Source: a virus | Taxonomy: Duplodnaviria; Caudoviricetes | IMG/VR virus record: IMGVR_UViG_2850126897_000005 | Span: 19,416 to 83,415 of that record | DNA: 64,000 nucleotides | Strand: one strand, 5' to 3' | In this document: positions 27,454 through 36,894 of the stretch, piece after piece | How positions within the stretch are numbered: position 1 is the first letter of the stretch | Layout of the letters: every line of letters begins with the position of its first letter | The notes under the pieces: model-generated | What the model saw: the letters and a program-made list of their open reading frames with translations, nothing else | Database searches by the model: none | What the model was told of the DNA's origin: nothing | Program-made: the position numbers and the translations under genes

Positions 27454-28971
27454 ATGACAAAAATCTTTAAAATCCCCTTTGCAACACAAGGGGATAGAAC
27501 TTCTATTCCTGATGATGTGCAAGCCGATGGCGCAGTTTCTTACACGCAAGGCTATAGTTACGATTATGAGCGTGACCAACAAACTGACCCTGCGGCCAAA
27601 GATATCGAACGTGAGAAGATGAACGGGATATTTCACGATATCACGGAAGCGATAGGCGAGTTGCAGAGCTTTGGTTTCCCTAAGTGGGCGACAGAAGGCA
27701 AGCCATACCCAATCCGTGCGATTGTTCATCATAAAAACAAAACGTGGCAGTCGAAGATTGAAAATAACAATGTTGAACCTGTCGCAGGCACAGCATGGCA
27801 GGAACTGAAAGCCGATTTAAGCGCCGGTGATATCAATGTTTATACCAAAACGGAGTCTGACAAGCGTTTCCAGCCATTAGGCAACTATCAGCCTGCTGGC
27901 TACAGCTACTCTAAAGCAGAATCTGACACCAATTATCAACCCAAAGGTAACTATGCCCCCGCAGGCAACTACGCACTTAAAGGTGAAAGCTATACGAAGG
28001 CAGAAGGGGATACACGATATCAGCCAAAAGGCAGCTATCAGCCATCAGGGGATTATGCCTTAAAAGGAGATAGTTATACCAAGGCTGAAACTGATAGTAA
28101 GTATCAGCCCAAAGGTAGCTATCAAGCGGCGGGCTATAGTTATTCAAAAGCGGAGTCTGATACCAATTACCAACCCAAAGGTAATTATGCTCCGGCGGGT
28201 AATTATGCACTTAAAGGTGAAAGTTACACCAAGGCCGAAGGGGATACACGATATCAGCCAAAAGGCAGTTATCAACCATCGGGGGATTATGCAACAAACA
28301 CAGCACTTAATAACGGCCTCAATACTAAACTCAATACGAGCAGTGTCGTTCAGGCAACGGGCGCATCAACAACAAATGTGATGAGCCAAAAAGCCGTCAC
28401 CGATGCATTACAAAATGCGGTCAATCTTAATACCATTTACCCTATTGGTATTGTTGTGTGGTTTGCACAAAATAAGAACCCCAATACATTATTCCCTGGT
28501 ACGAAATGGCAATACATCGGCGAAAATAAAACAATTCGTTTAGCTGCTGCAAGTGGTGCGAATGTGTTAACAACCGGTGGTTCGGATTCAGTTACTATAG
28601 GTAAAGGCCACCTTCCTGCGGTATCACTTAAGTATTCGGGTACAACTGTTTCAAGTGGAGGGCATACCCACACACGTGGGACAATGAATATTACGGGGGA
28701 GTTTGGATATATCCGGAGTGATAATGCTATTCACTCCATGGCAACAGGCGCTTTTAGTCTTACTAACGGGGGAACTGGCTATAATGGTAATAACACTACT
28801 GGTGGCTATAAATATGTATTTAACGCATCTAAAACATGGTCAGGTGAAACGTCTAATAGTGGAGCGCATACGCATACCTATTCAGGTAACACGGAAAACC
28901 TCGGTTCAGGAACGGCCTTAACAGTTACCAATGCCTATATCATGCTGATGGGGTGGTATCGATTAAGTTAA
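27454..28971 (+). CDS. Tail fibre protein
   Basis: YQPKG(S/N)Y repeat shaft, IYPIGIV collar-like motif, GGHTH/GAHTH tip motifs. Confidence 0.88.
   Translation: MTKIFKIPFATQGDRTSIPDDVQADGAVSYTQGYSYDYERDQQTDPAAKDIEREKMNGIFHDITEAIGELQSFGFPKWATEGKPYPIRAIVHHKNKTWQSKIENNNVEPVAGTAWQELKADLSAGDINVYTKTESDKRFQPLGNYQPAGYSYSKAESDTNYQPKGNYAPAGNYALKGESYTKAEGDTRYQPKGSYQPSGDYALKGDSYTKAETDSKYQPKGSYQAAGYSYSKAESDTNYQPKGNYAPAGNYALKGESYTKAEGDTRYQPKGSYQPSGDYATNTALNNGLNTKLNTSSVVQATGASTTNVMSQKAVTDALQNAVNLNTIYPIGIVVWFAQNKNPNTLFPGTKWQYIGENKTIRLAAASGANVLTTGGSDSVTIGKGHLPAVSLKYSGTTVSSGGHTHTRGTMNITGEFGYIRSDNAIHSMATGAFSLTNGGTGYNGNNTTGGYKYVFNASKTWSGETSNSGAHTHTYSGNTENLGSGTALTVTNAYIMLMGWYRLS
27886..28292 (+). repeat. Two 173-bp copies (234-bp period) inside the tail fibre gene
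   Basis: 27886-28058 and 28120-28292 encode near-identical 57-aa peptides. Confidence 0.9.
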
Positions 28972-28988
28972 GTGATATTAATAAATAA

Positions 28989-29024
28989 AAGTGTGGCGTG
29001 CATTGTAATATGCACACCACACTT
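28989..29024. terminator. Hairpin between convergent fibre and gtrC genes
   Basis: AAGTGTGG..TGCA-loop-TGCA..CCACACTT. Confidence 0.6.
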
Positions 29025-29027
29025 AAA

Positions 29028-30662
29028 TTAAAAGATCACTTGTTGTTCAATTGTTTTTTTGTTATCCATATCTACAATGAAATTAATGGATTTTATATTT
29101 TTAGGTGAAACTGGAATAGTGAAACCAACTAAATTCATACCATAAATAGAGTCTATCTTGTTATTCTCTTCAGTATGTATTTTGTTTTTGTCATCCATTA
29201 CTATTATTCTATAGCTTTCATTTGACATTAACTTTTTGTTATCAACAAGTTGTAGGGCTATAGTTGTTCCTTTCAAAAATCTATCTTTACCTAAGAATAG
29301 ATTTGAAACATTTGTATTTGTTACATTAGGTAGTGGCAGTTTTATCCCATCTAAAATAACTGCGTAGTTATAGTCTATTTTATAGGTTTCAATCGGATGG
29401 CTAATGTTAAAGTATTCAGCCATTGCATTAGGATTATGATATAAATCCATTTCGTCACCACCTCTGAAAGAGCGTGGATAGTAATACTCGGGTATCTTAT
29501 CGGTTTTAGAATCACCAATTATTTCTTCGTTTATTGCATAAATTCTTATTTTCTCTTGAGTCGTTATTGCATTATATGAATAGACCATTTGAATATATGA
29601 AAAAATGAAACCACAAAGAGTTAAAATACCAATAAAATATGTAATTGCGATTCCTCTTTTATTTTTCATACTAAATGCGTATCCAATAGAAAAGGAGCAT
29701 GAAATAACATAAAAAAGGTGAGCGCCACTCAAAGACCTAGTAGGAAATGTTGGGGATGCAACCATGGAAAATATACTTAAAAAGCCTAATACGATAAACA
29801 ATAATGAAAGATAAAAGCTTTTTGACTTCTTTTCACCTACATAAGTTAGCAGTAAAAGTAATGAAGCAACTAGTACACCCCACGTTTTAGTAAATGAATG
29901 TGAAAGTTTATCCGATAAAAAATATGTGATTTTTTCTATCGTACTGAGGGAGTAAAAGTCAGTGAAAAGAGCGGCTCGATGAAAATTGCCAGGGCTCGAA
30001 ATCAAAGTTACAAATCCAAGTATAACAAGTACAGATGAAAAGATAATAAGTCTGTTTTTATGTTTAAAAAAAACATAACAGGAGGTAATTACTGAAATGG
30101 CAACTATAATCCAACTCGTATTTTCATTACTGCATCCAGCAAAAAAAGAACTGATTATGAGAGGGATTAGACACTTTTTATCATCAAGATAACGAAATAA
30201 AAAATAAAGATAAATAACAATAAATAAATTTGTGACAAGATAATTTGCTGCACCAACAACCCAAAAAACAATTTGACCAAGAGCTGGGTTTGTAACCCAG
30301 TAAATTGAAAATAAAACAATAAACTGTAAAAAAAATGTTTTTTTACTTGTGTCAGAGTTACTACTTATTTTAGTAATTAAAAAGATCATCATTGTTAATA
30401 CAAATGCAATCATACTATTTTTTAGTATGTTAGAGCCTGATGTAAGAACTAGAGTGCTAAAATAGTCTGATACAAATCTTCCACTCCATGAAAGGTAGTG
30501 AGATACATGAGCAGATAATGAATTTCCTTTAATATAATACACATAGTCATCAGAATGCATAGGTGTATAGTATTCGACTAAAAAAATAAGCGAAAAGACA
30601 ATTAGGACACTTATGTAGCCTAAATTAATACGTTTTAAGTAGTTAGTCATTTTTGTTCTCAA
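29028..30662 (-). CDS. gtrC: Serotype-specific polytopic glycosyltransferase (GtrC-like)
   Basis: About 11 TM segments, TPMHSDDY periplasmic acidic motif, WSGRF; third gene after gtrA and gtrB. Confidence 0.75.
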   Translation of the reverse strand: MRTKMTNYLKRINLGYISVLIVFSLIFLVEYYTPMHSDDYVYYIKGNSLSAHVSHYLSWSGRFVSDYFSTLVLTSGSNILKNSMIAFVLTMMIFLITKISSNSDTSKKTFFLQFIVLFSIYWVTNPALGQIVFWVVGAANYLVTNLFIVIYLYFLFRYLDDKKCLIPLIISSFFAGCSNENTSWIIVAISVITSCYVFFKHKNRLIIFSSVLVILGFVTLISSPGNFHRAALFTDFYSLSTIEKITYFLSDKLSHSFTKTWGVLVASLLLLLTYVGEKKSKSFYLSLLFIVLGFLSIFSMVASPTFPTRSLSGAHLFYVISCSFSIGYAFSMKNKRGIAITYFIGILTLCGFIFSYIQMVYSYNAITTQEKIRIYAINEEIIGDSKTDKIPEYYYPRSFRGGDEMDLYHNPNAMAEYFNISHPIETYKIDYNYAVILDGIKLPLPNVTNTNVSNLFLGKDRFLKGTTIALQLVDNKKLMSNESYRIIVMDDKNKIHTEENNKIDSIYGMNLVGFTIPVSPKNIKSINFIVDMDNKKTIEQQVIF

Positions 30663-31581
30663 TATAATCTGTCTTTTTTAGCAAGTATCTAGGCCTTGCT
30701 TTGCTTTCAGTATAAATACGACCAATATACTCACCGAGTACACCAATACCAATAAGCTGAACTCCACCTAAAAATAGAATAGAAACAAGTAATGAAGGAT
30801 AACCAGGAACAGGATTACCCCAAATTAATTTATCTACCATCATCCAACCACCATAGATAAAAGATGCAAAAGCAACAAATAAACCAATGTAAGTCCAAAC
30901 GCGTAATGGAAAAGTAGAAAAACTCGTTATACCTTCTAAGGCTAAGTTCCATAATTTCCAGCCATTGAATTTACTTTCTCCAGCAGATCTTTCTGCTCTG
31001 TTGTATTCAACAACATCAATTTTTCCACCCACCCATGAAAGGATACCTTTCATGAATAAATTACGCTCAGGTAATAATTTTATATATTCGACACTCTGAC
31101 GAGATATCAACCTAAAATCGCCAACATTTTCTTCAATTTCAGGCGCGCTAATTTTATTATGGAGCTTGTAAAACCATTCAGCTGTTTTGCGTTTTAACCA
31201 TGTATCACTAGTACGATTAGCTCTTTTTGCGAGAACAATATCTGCGCCTTGTTGCCATTTATCTATGAGCTGTGGAATAACATCAATAGGATCTTGAAGG
31301 TCTACATCAATAGGTATTACAGCTTCTCCAGTTGCGTATTCAAGGCCCGCAAACAAAGCCGGTTCCTTACCAAAATTTCGCGTGAAGTTTAAAGGGAGCA
31401 CTAAAGGGTCAGCAATAGCTAATGCATTGATAATATTTTCAGTGCTGTCTTTACTTCCATCATTTATGAAGACTATTTCGATATCATATTGATTAAGAAT
31501 CGGGTGTTCTCTTACTGACTTATAAAATATAGGGATAGCTTCTTCTTCGTTATAAACGGGCACTACTAATGATATTTTCAT
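30643..31581 (-). CDS. gtrB: Bactoprenol glucosyltransferase
   Basis: GT2: [27 protein letters not shown]; two C-terminal TMs. Confidence 0.95.
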   Translation of the reverse strand: MKISLVVPVYNEEEAIPIFYKSVREHPILNQYDIEIVFINDGSKDSTENIINALAIADPLVLPLNFTRNFGKEPALFAGLEYATGEAVIPIDVDLQDPIDVIPQLIDKWQQGADIVLAKRANRTSDTWLKRKTAEWFYKLHNKISAPEIEENVGDFRLISRQSVEYIKLLPERNLFMKGILSWVGGKIDVVEYNRAERSAGESKFNGWKLWNLALEGITSFSTFPLRVWTYIGLFVAFASFIYGGWMMVDKLIWGNPVPGYPSLLVSILFLGGVQLIGIGVLGEYIGRIYTESKARPRYLLKKTDYIENKND

Positions 31582-31952
31582 TGTGGAGTATCTCTGAAAA
31601 CAAAGATTTTGGAGTAAAGAAAACCTAATACGAGGCTAATCGAAGAAAAAATTATTAAAGTTGCGATAGGGGGGAATCGTAGCTGGTCTGAAACATAACC
31701 AGTCAAATAACTTAATAGCCCCATAAATAAGGTAAATGATAAGTATCGTGCTGTAGTCGCTTTAGCTTTGAACGTGAATTTTGCATTAGCAAAAAAGGAA
31801 AAACTGACAGCAGCTATGAAGCCTATTAAGTTAGCTATAGCTTGAGAGGTTGAAAGGAACACTGTCAGTAGCCCAAAAATGGACCAATGTATAAGAGTGT
31901 TTAAAATTCCAACCGAAAAGTATTTAGTGAATAACTTAATCATTTCAATCAT
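31578..31952 (-). CDS. gtrA: Bactoprenol-glucose flippase
   Basis: Four TMs; [14 protein letters not shown] and [11 protein letters not shown] motifs. Confidence 0.93.
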   Translation of the reverse strand: MIEMIKLFTKYFSVGILNTLIHWSIFGLLTVFLSTSQAIANLIGFIAAVSFSFFANAKFTFKAKATTARYLSFTLFMGLLSYLTGYVSDQLRFPPIATLIIFSSISLVLGFLYSKIFVFRDTPQ

Positions 31953-32176
31953 TCGTATTGAGAAGAGAATAAGTAATTTAGTATACCTGAATATACCTAC
32001 TGATGCAGCAAACTGATAAGGAGAGTTTATGTGAAATGTCGTGTTAGTCTTACTTTATTCTCCACCAAATTGTGAGGCGGAAAAGCAAGCCTATATTATA
32101 AAATAGGGGAAATGGGATTTTACTACAGTACCACTACGAACTATTTATATTTTGGTAGGTGTACTCAGAAAGCAAT

Positions 32177-32202
32177 AAAAAAGCCCACCGAAGTGAGCTT
32201 TT
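32177..32202 (-). terminator. Intrinsic terminator downstream of the ssrA 3' fragment
   Basis: Minus strand AAAAGCTCAC-TTCG-GTGGGCTTTTTT. Confidence 0.8.
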
Positions 32203-32212
32203 AGTAACTTTC

Positions 32213-32268
32213 AAATGCGCGTGCATTTCACGTGCACTTTCTAGTCTTAATGTTGCCAGTGTCTAGTC
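32213..32268. repeat. Short repeats, candidate integrase arm sites of the left prophage
   Basis: CGTGCATTT (32220), CGTGCACTT (32231), inverted copy at 32213, TCTAGTC at 32240 and 32262. Confidence 0.45.
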
Positions 32269-32329
32269 CAACTGATTTTGCTAACTTCCTGTTTTTAAAC
32301 CTGTTGTCCTATCACTGACCCACCAAATT

Positions 32330-32373
32330 TGGTGGGCTGGCGGGAGTTGAACCCGCGTCCGAAATTTCTACAT
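32330..32373 (-). pseudogene. ssrA: Displaced 3' fragment of tmRNA gene, att core at the prophage junction
   Basis: Minus strand ATGTAGAAATTTCGGACGCGGGTTCAACTCCCGCCAGCCCACCA matches the enterobacterial ssrA 3' end except the T of CAGCTCCACCA is missing. Confidence 0.88.
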
Positions 32374-32436
32374 TCTTTATTGTATGTTGTGAATTTATTT
32401 ATTTAATATAATTTTCAATTGGTTGCGTTACATTGG

Positions 32437-32486
32437 TGGACATTGATTTACAACTGTTATAAAACTATATGGACACATACTGGACA
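32437..32486 (+). repeat. Three TGGACA direct repeats, arm-type sites of the P2-like integrase
   Basis: TGGACA at 32437, 32470 and 32481; resembles the P2 Int arm site TGTGGACA. Confidence 0.6.
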
Positions 32487-33542
32487 TTAAAGGTATGCGA
32501 TTGGCTCCCCTGTGTGATTTTTAATAAGACCATAATCAAAATTATTTGTTATGAGGGTCACATCATTATACATATATTGTTCTACCCAAAAGAAATCTAT
32601 ACTCTTTATTGGTTCTTTATTAACAAACATAAAAATATCAAGAGTAATAGAATGCAAAGATTTTAATAAACTTTTCAGAAAAATATTATCTAATAATTTG
32701 GTGTTAAATAGTGAATAGTGATAATTTGATGATTTATCAGAGGAATAAGATAATTTCGATATATCTATTTCAAGTGCTTCCATTAGCCTAATTATAGTTG
32801 ATTCTAGGGATAAAATGAAATCTTTATATTTACTAGGTTCTTCATATGACGTTGGTATGATGTATTTACCAAATATAATATTAATATCTACCCATGACTG
32901 GTTTATTTCATCAAAATAATGAGTGGATATTCCAGATAATTCACTGGTTAACCCTCTTGAATCATTGGAAAAAATAAACATTTTATTGTATAGATAATAT
33001 GGGTTCTTAATATTAATTAGTGTTTTTATTTCTAATTCATTCGGGGTTTCTTTTTTATTATTTAGTGGGTGTTTTTTTACAATAGTAATTATTTCATGTT
33101 TTAAGTTTTTCTCAAAGTACTCTATAGCTGATTTTTTATGGTTTAAATAAAAGTCAATGCTATTTTTAGACTGGGTTTGGCTTATTTGCTCATTTGTTTG
33201 AATTGTTCTATGTATGTTATTAACAATAGCAGTAAACGGTATTGAGAGCGACAACAAACCTAGAGGGAACGCATTGTTAACAATGAAATCTTTGTAATTA
33301 TCTCCTCCTAACTGTATATCAAAAGGGTACCATGAAAAAATACCAAAATATAAAAATGAAAATATGGGGATAATTATAGCAAGCCAAAATAATGATTGTT
33401 GCGTTAACGGCTTTGAGTCCATCCCAAAGGGTTTGGCAACATATGCAACTGTCATAATTGTAGCAATAGCATGAAAGTATATAAAAATTGCTAAAAAGGA
33501 GTCATGAAATTTTTCTACCCAAAGAGAAAAAAAAGCATTCAT
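32487..33542 (-). CDS. 3-TM membrane protein, NIHRTIQT family, copy A
   Basis: Starts 2 nt after int stop; LFWLAIIIPI, PLGLLSLS, NNIHRTIQT motifs. Confidence 0.8.
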   Translation of the reverse strand: MNAFFSLWVEKFHDSFLAIFIYFHAIATIMTVAYVAKPFGMDSKPLTQQSLFWLAIIIPIFSFLYFGIFSWYPFDIQLGGDNYKDFIVNNAFPLGLLSLSIPFTAIVNNIHRTIQTNEQISQTQSKNSIDFYLNHKKSAIEYFEKNLKHEIITIVKKHPLNNKKETPNELEIKTLINIKNPYYLYNKMFIFSNDSRGLTSELSGISTHYFDEINQSWVDINIIFGKYIIPTSYEEPSKYKDFILSLESTIIRLMEALEIDISKLSYSSDKSSNYHYSLFNTKLLDNIFLKSLLKSLHSITLDIFMFVNKEPIKSIDFFWVEQYMYNDVTLITNNFDYGLIKNHTGEPIAYL

Positions 33543-33544
33543 CT

Positions 33545-34561
33545 TTAATCTTCCATAAAATTCAAAGGGTTTTTAGTCACTGCATCTTCTAAATGACTTG
33601 GTGCAAAGTGTGCGTAAATCATCGTCATTTTGATATCAGAGTGTCCGAGAATATCTCTTAAAACTAAAATATTGCCGCCGTTCATCATAAAATGGCTGGC
33701 GAAAGTATGGCGTAAAACGTGGGTGCATTGTCCTTCAGGTAATTCAATTCCTGCTTTATTGACAGTGCGCTCGAATGTTTTACGGCAAGGGGTGAATAGC
33801 TTCCCACGCTTCTTAGGAATTTCATCATATAATTCCTTTGAAATCGGAACGGTACGCACCTTTTTACTTTTGGTATTTCTGTAGGTAATACGGTAGGGCG
33901 TGACTTGGCTACTTTCTAAATTTTCGGCTTCACTCCAACGAGCTCCTGTTGCCAGGCAAATTTTGGAGATCATCAAAACGCTTTCGCTATTAGATTCTGA
34001 AAGTGCTTCAAGTAATAATTTAATTTCATCTTGATATAAAAACGTCACCATACTTTCATCAACTTTGAAAGTAGGTAGCCCAGCTAATGGGTTGGCCAAT
34101 GACCAATGACCTAATTTTTTTAGCGTACCAAAAACCGCAGATAAATTACGTTGCTCATGATTTACAGTAACGGGCTTAATTGCCATTAATCGACCGTTAA
34201 TATCAGGAATTTCACCCTTTAGGCGTCCTTCACGATAAAGGCTAAAATCAGAAGCGGTTAACTGGGATGCAATAGGATCACCAAGCCCTGCACAAATGGC
34301 CTTGAGTTTTGACATCATTCTGTCAGCATCGGTTAACGTTCTGCCATATAAATCATGCCACTGCGTGATTAAATCCGATAATCGCCTGTTATCCTGTTTT
34401 TCACCTAGCCACGGTTTATCTTCCATTTGTCCCAGGATATATTTTTCATAGGATAAGGCTTCGCCTTTGGTCACGAACTTTTTGCGAATACGTTTACCAT
34501 TGACGCCATTCGGTCTTAAATCACACAGCCATTCGCCAGACTCAATTTTTCTTACAGTCAT
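33545..34561 (-). CDS. int: Tyrosine integrase, P2/186 family
   Basis: R (TGARWSE), HVLRH, LGH...TMIYAH catalytic residues. Confidence 0.96.
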   Translation of the reverse strand: MTVRKIESGEWLCDLRPNGVNGKRIRKKFVTKGEALSYEKYILGQMEDKPWLGEKQDNRRLSDLITQWHDLYGRTLTDADRMMSKLKAICAGLGDPIASQLTASDFSLYREGRLKGEIPDINGRLMAIKPVTVNHEQRNLSAVFGTLKKLGHWSLANPLAGLPTFKVDESMVTFLYQDEIKLLLEALSESNSESVLMISKICLATGARWSEAENLESSQVTPYRITYRNTKSKKVRTVPISKELYDEIPKKRGKLFTPCRKTFERTVNKAGIELPEGQCTHVLRHTFASHFMMNGGNILVLRDILGHSDIKMTMIYAHFAPSHLEDAVTKNPLNFMED

Positions 34562-34569
34562 CTCTATAT

Positions 34570-35160
34570 CTATTGGTTTTCAATAATCGTCACTACACGA
34601 CCTAACACGGTTAAGTCTTCTAAATCACAATCAAATGGAATTCCAACGCCTGAAACACGGACTTTTTTAATTGGAATTCTTGTTAGCTCACGAACGCTAA
34701 TTTTCCCCTCAATATTGACAAGCCATTTGCCATCAAAAACATCTGCAAATTTTTTATCGACGATTGAATAGGTATCGCCATCTTGAACACTCATTGGTTC
34801 ATCAGGGAGTGGGGCGGTATTTTTAAACATGACCTTATCGAACATCACGCTACTGGCTGGTATTAATTCACCATTCATTAAACGGAAATTAGACAGTTTG
34901 AGGATATCTATTTTTACATTTTCAAAAGGTTTTCCTTTACCAAATGTAAGCCATTCAATATTTGCACCAGTTTCTATAGTACAACGAACTACCATATCAG
35001 CAGGGAAAACAGCACGTTTGTAGCGCCCTGAAATTCCACTAGACCCCATATTGAAATGCTCAGCCATCTGTAATTTTGATGAAAAACCATAGGCTTCCAT
35101 GATTCTATCTAAAACGCTTGCATTATCAGGGCATGAAATAAAATCAAATGTCTCGCACAT
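34570..35160 (-). CDS. cI: 186-type CI repressor
   Basis: N-terminal HTH (VLDRIMEAYGF...WLTFGKG) and 186-like C-terminal domain; GGAG SD before ATG 35160. Confidence 0.88.
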   Translation of the reverse strand: MCETFDFISCPDNASVLDRIMEAYGFSSKLQMAEHFNMGSSGISGRYKRAVFPADMVVRCTIETGANIEWLTFGKGKPFENVKIDILKLSNFRLMNGELIPASSVMFDKVMFKNTAPLPDEPMSVQDGDTYSIVDKKFADVFDGKWLVNIEGKISVRELTRIPIKKVRVSGVGIPFDCDLEDLTVLGRVVTIIENQ

Positions 35161-35181
35161 CGAAAACTCCAAATCTCTCAC

Positions 35182-35236
35182 TTCGTGAGATTAATTCACG
35201 AATCGAATTGACATTTCACGATTCGCGAGTTAAATT
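35182..35236 (+). promoter_or_regulatory. Lytic promoter pR with candidate CI operator
   Basis: TTGACA-N17-TAAATT at 35208-35236; inverted repeat TTCGTGA-N7-TCACGAA at 35182-35202. Confidence 0.7.
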
Positions 35237-35307
35237 CTCTCATGTTGATAGATAACAAAGGTTGGCATTAATTCGCACTTAATGCGCATAACAGGAGATT
35301 TTGCCTC

Positions 35308-35499
35308 ATGAAACAAAATACCGCAACAGTTTCACATTCTGAGAATCGTTGGGTTCCTTTAAAGACGTTCTGTGAACGTACAGATATCAAAATTCGCACA
35401 GCGAGATACTACATTCATACTGGAAAGCTAAAAATTAAACCTAAGACAAAACCAAATGAGCGTGTCTTTGTTGACTGGTTTGCTTGGAATAATGGCTAG
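35308..35499 (+). CDS. apl: Apl/Cox excisionase-repressor
   Basis: Small wHTH divergent from cI; WVPLKTFCERT and VFVDWFAW motifs. Confidence 0.78.
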   Translation: MKQNTATVSHSENRWVPLKTFCERTDIKIRTARYYIHTGKLKIKPKTKPNERVFVDWFAWNNG

Positions 35500-35560
35500 T
35501 ATTGTTCGCGTTTAGTGAATATTGCTAAACGAATAGTGAAATAATTAACAGGAAAACACC

Positions 35561-36070
35561 ATGTTTGATTATCAGGTTTCCAAACAAGCACACTTTGATA
35601 ATGCCTGTCGGGCATTTGCCACATCACACAAAGGTGAGCTTGTTCAGATTGCGAATGATATCGGCATGAACCCACAAATGTTACGCAATAAGCTAAACCC
35701 CGAACAGCCGCACTTAGTTACCTGTGCAGACTTGTTTAAGCTAACCGATGCCACCAAAGACCCATCATTGTTAGATGGTGTACTGGAGCAACTGAATTGC
35801 CAGCCATCTGTCCCGATGACAGATATTGGTGATAACAATGTGCAAGGTTATCTATTAGGGGCAACCGCTGAGGTCGGTAAATTAGCCAATCATGTGGTTG
35901 ATGGCGGCCATATCAACAGTATACGGTCAGCAGAAATTAAGCAAAGCGTGAACAATGCAATCCGTTGTTTAGCCTTAGTTGGCGTGACTATCTCAGAACG
36001 TTTTCATTCAAACCCTGCATTAGTATCCGCGATTGATACGGTAGTAGGCTTTGGCCAATCAATGGTGTGA
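35561..36070 (+). CDS. cII: 186-type CII activator
   Basis: MFDYQVSKQAHFDNACRAF...LRNKLNPEQPH signature. Confidence 0.92.
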   Translation: MFDYQVSKQAHFDNACRAFATSHKGELVQIANDIGMNPQMLRNKLNPEQPHLVTCADLFKLTDATKDPSLLDGVLEQLNCQPSVPMTDIGDNNVQGYLLGATAEVGKLANHVVDGGHINSIRSAEIKQSVNNAIRCLALVGVTISERFHSNPALVSAIDTVVGFGQSMV

Positions 36071-36077
36071 GGACAAT

Positions 36078-36212
36078 ATGACTCAAGCACACAAGCAGCA
36101 ATATAAATACAAAGTTACAGGCGATTCATTTAAAGCAAAATCTAACAATGATTTAAAAGTGATCATCCCTGTAATTGTTTTTGCCACTATCTATTTACTA
36201 GCAAGAATATAG
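36078..36212 (+). CDS. 44-aa protein with C-terminal TM (absent from ORF track)
   Basis: GAGG SD; MTQAHKQQYKYKVTGDSFKAKSNNDLKVIIPVIVFATIYLLARI read by hand. Confidence 0.55.
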   Translation: MTQAHKQQYKYKVTGDSFKAKSNNDLKVIIPVIVFATIYLLARI

Positions 36213-36221
36213 GTGGAAATT

Positions 36222-36572
36222 ATGTATCAGAACCCAATAGAGCTAGAACAACGCGCCCAATATATGCAGTTAGACCAGCGTATTAATGGGCTTAATAAAA
36301 CATCAGAAATTAAATCAAAACACTTTGGTTTAAAAAATGATGAGCTGAAATATTTTATAAAAGAAATGCGCGACCGTTTTAATGAGCATCACGAAGAAAA
36401 TAAAAAGTTTTTAGGCGTAATTTTCTATATGGCGAATATTGATAAAAGCCGCCACGATTGCCAATTTGAAGATCTCACTACGAAAGAGATTTTTAATATC
36501 GTCAAAGCCATTAATCACATAAAAGCGATTAGTGCATTTTTACCAAAAAACTTAGCTTTACCTCTTAATTAA
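36222..36572 (+). CDS. P2-family early protein (DUF5347-like)
   Basis: Position between cII and repA. Confidence 0.6.
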   Translation: MYQNPIELEQRAQYMQLDQRINGLNKTSEIKSKHFGLKNDELKYFIKEMRDRFNEHHEENKKFLGVIFYMANIDKSRHDCQFEDLTTKEIFNIVKAINHIKAISAFLPKNLALPLN

Positions 36573-36642
36573 ATAACCGACAAAAATTAATGACATTGAT
36601 TTGTCAGGGTTTTTTACACGCTAAATTTAGGAAAACAGATAA

Positions 36643-36894
36643 ATGAATATACCAGAACCGATGTTTACGCCTGTATATGATTTAGGTAATGGCGAAGATA
36701 CCACGATGCTTGCTGTCATAAAGCAGAACCGTGAAGATGAAAAAAATACACGTTCGATCATTTTCGCTTCTCGCTTACGTCGCCTTTCCAATCAAGTCAT
36801 GAAAGACAAGCTGGATTATGCGCAAATAGCTCAACTGTTAGAGAGTGAAGCCAATCACATCGAACACCAGGCGCAAGAACTGAATTATGTTTGA
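36643..36894 (+). CDS. P2-family early protein (DUF2732-like)
   Basis: ASRLRRL...AQLLESEA motif; overlaps repA start. Confidence 0.6.
   Translation: MNIPEPMFTPVYDLGNGEDTTMLAVIKQNREDEKNTRSIIFASRLRRLSNQVMKDKLDYAQIAQLLESEANHIEHQAQELNYV

Larger units (their letters stand above)
1..32329 (+). mobile_element. Lambdoid-type temperate prophage with contractile tail, late half (left end and integrase outside window)
   Basis: Order nin-region, Q, holin, lysozyme, Rz/Rz1, terS, terL, portal, capsid, sheath, tube, TMP, baseplate, fibre, gtr; ends at the ssrA-derived att core. Confidence 0.93.

Noticed and set aside
27886-28292. DGR template/variable repeat or CRISPR array
   Set aside because: Differences are third-position and not adenine-specific, no reverse transcriptase or cas gene is visible, and there are no spacers.
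32060-32071. CTCCACCAAATT as a second, inverted att core
   Set aside because: Only 12 bp with no T-arm upstream; could arise by chance.
32330-32373. tRNA gene (T-arm GGTTCAACTCC and CCA end)
   Set aside because: Only a 3' fragment is present and it matches tmRNA; no D-arm, anticodon arm or 5' half.
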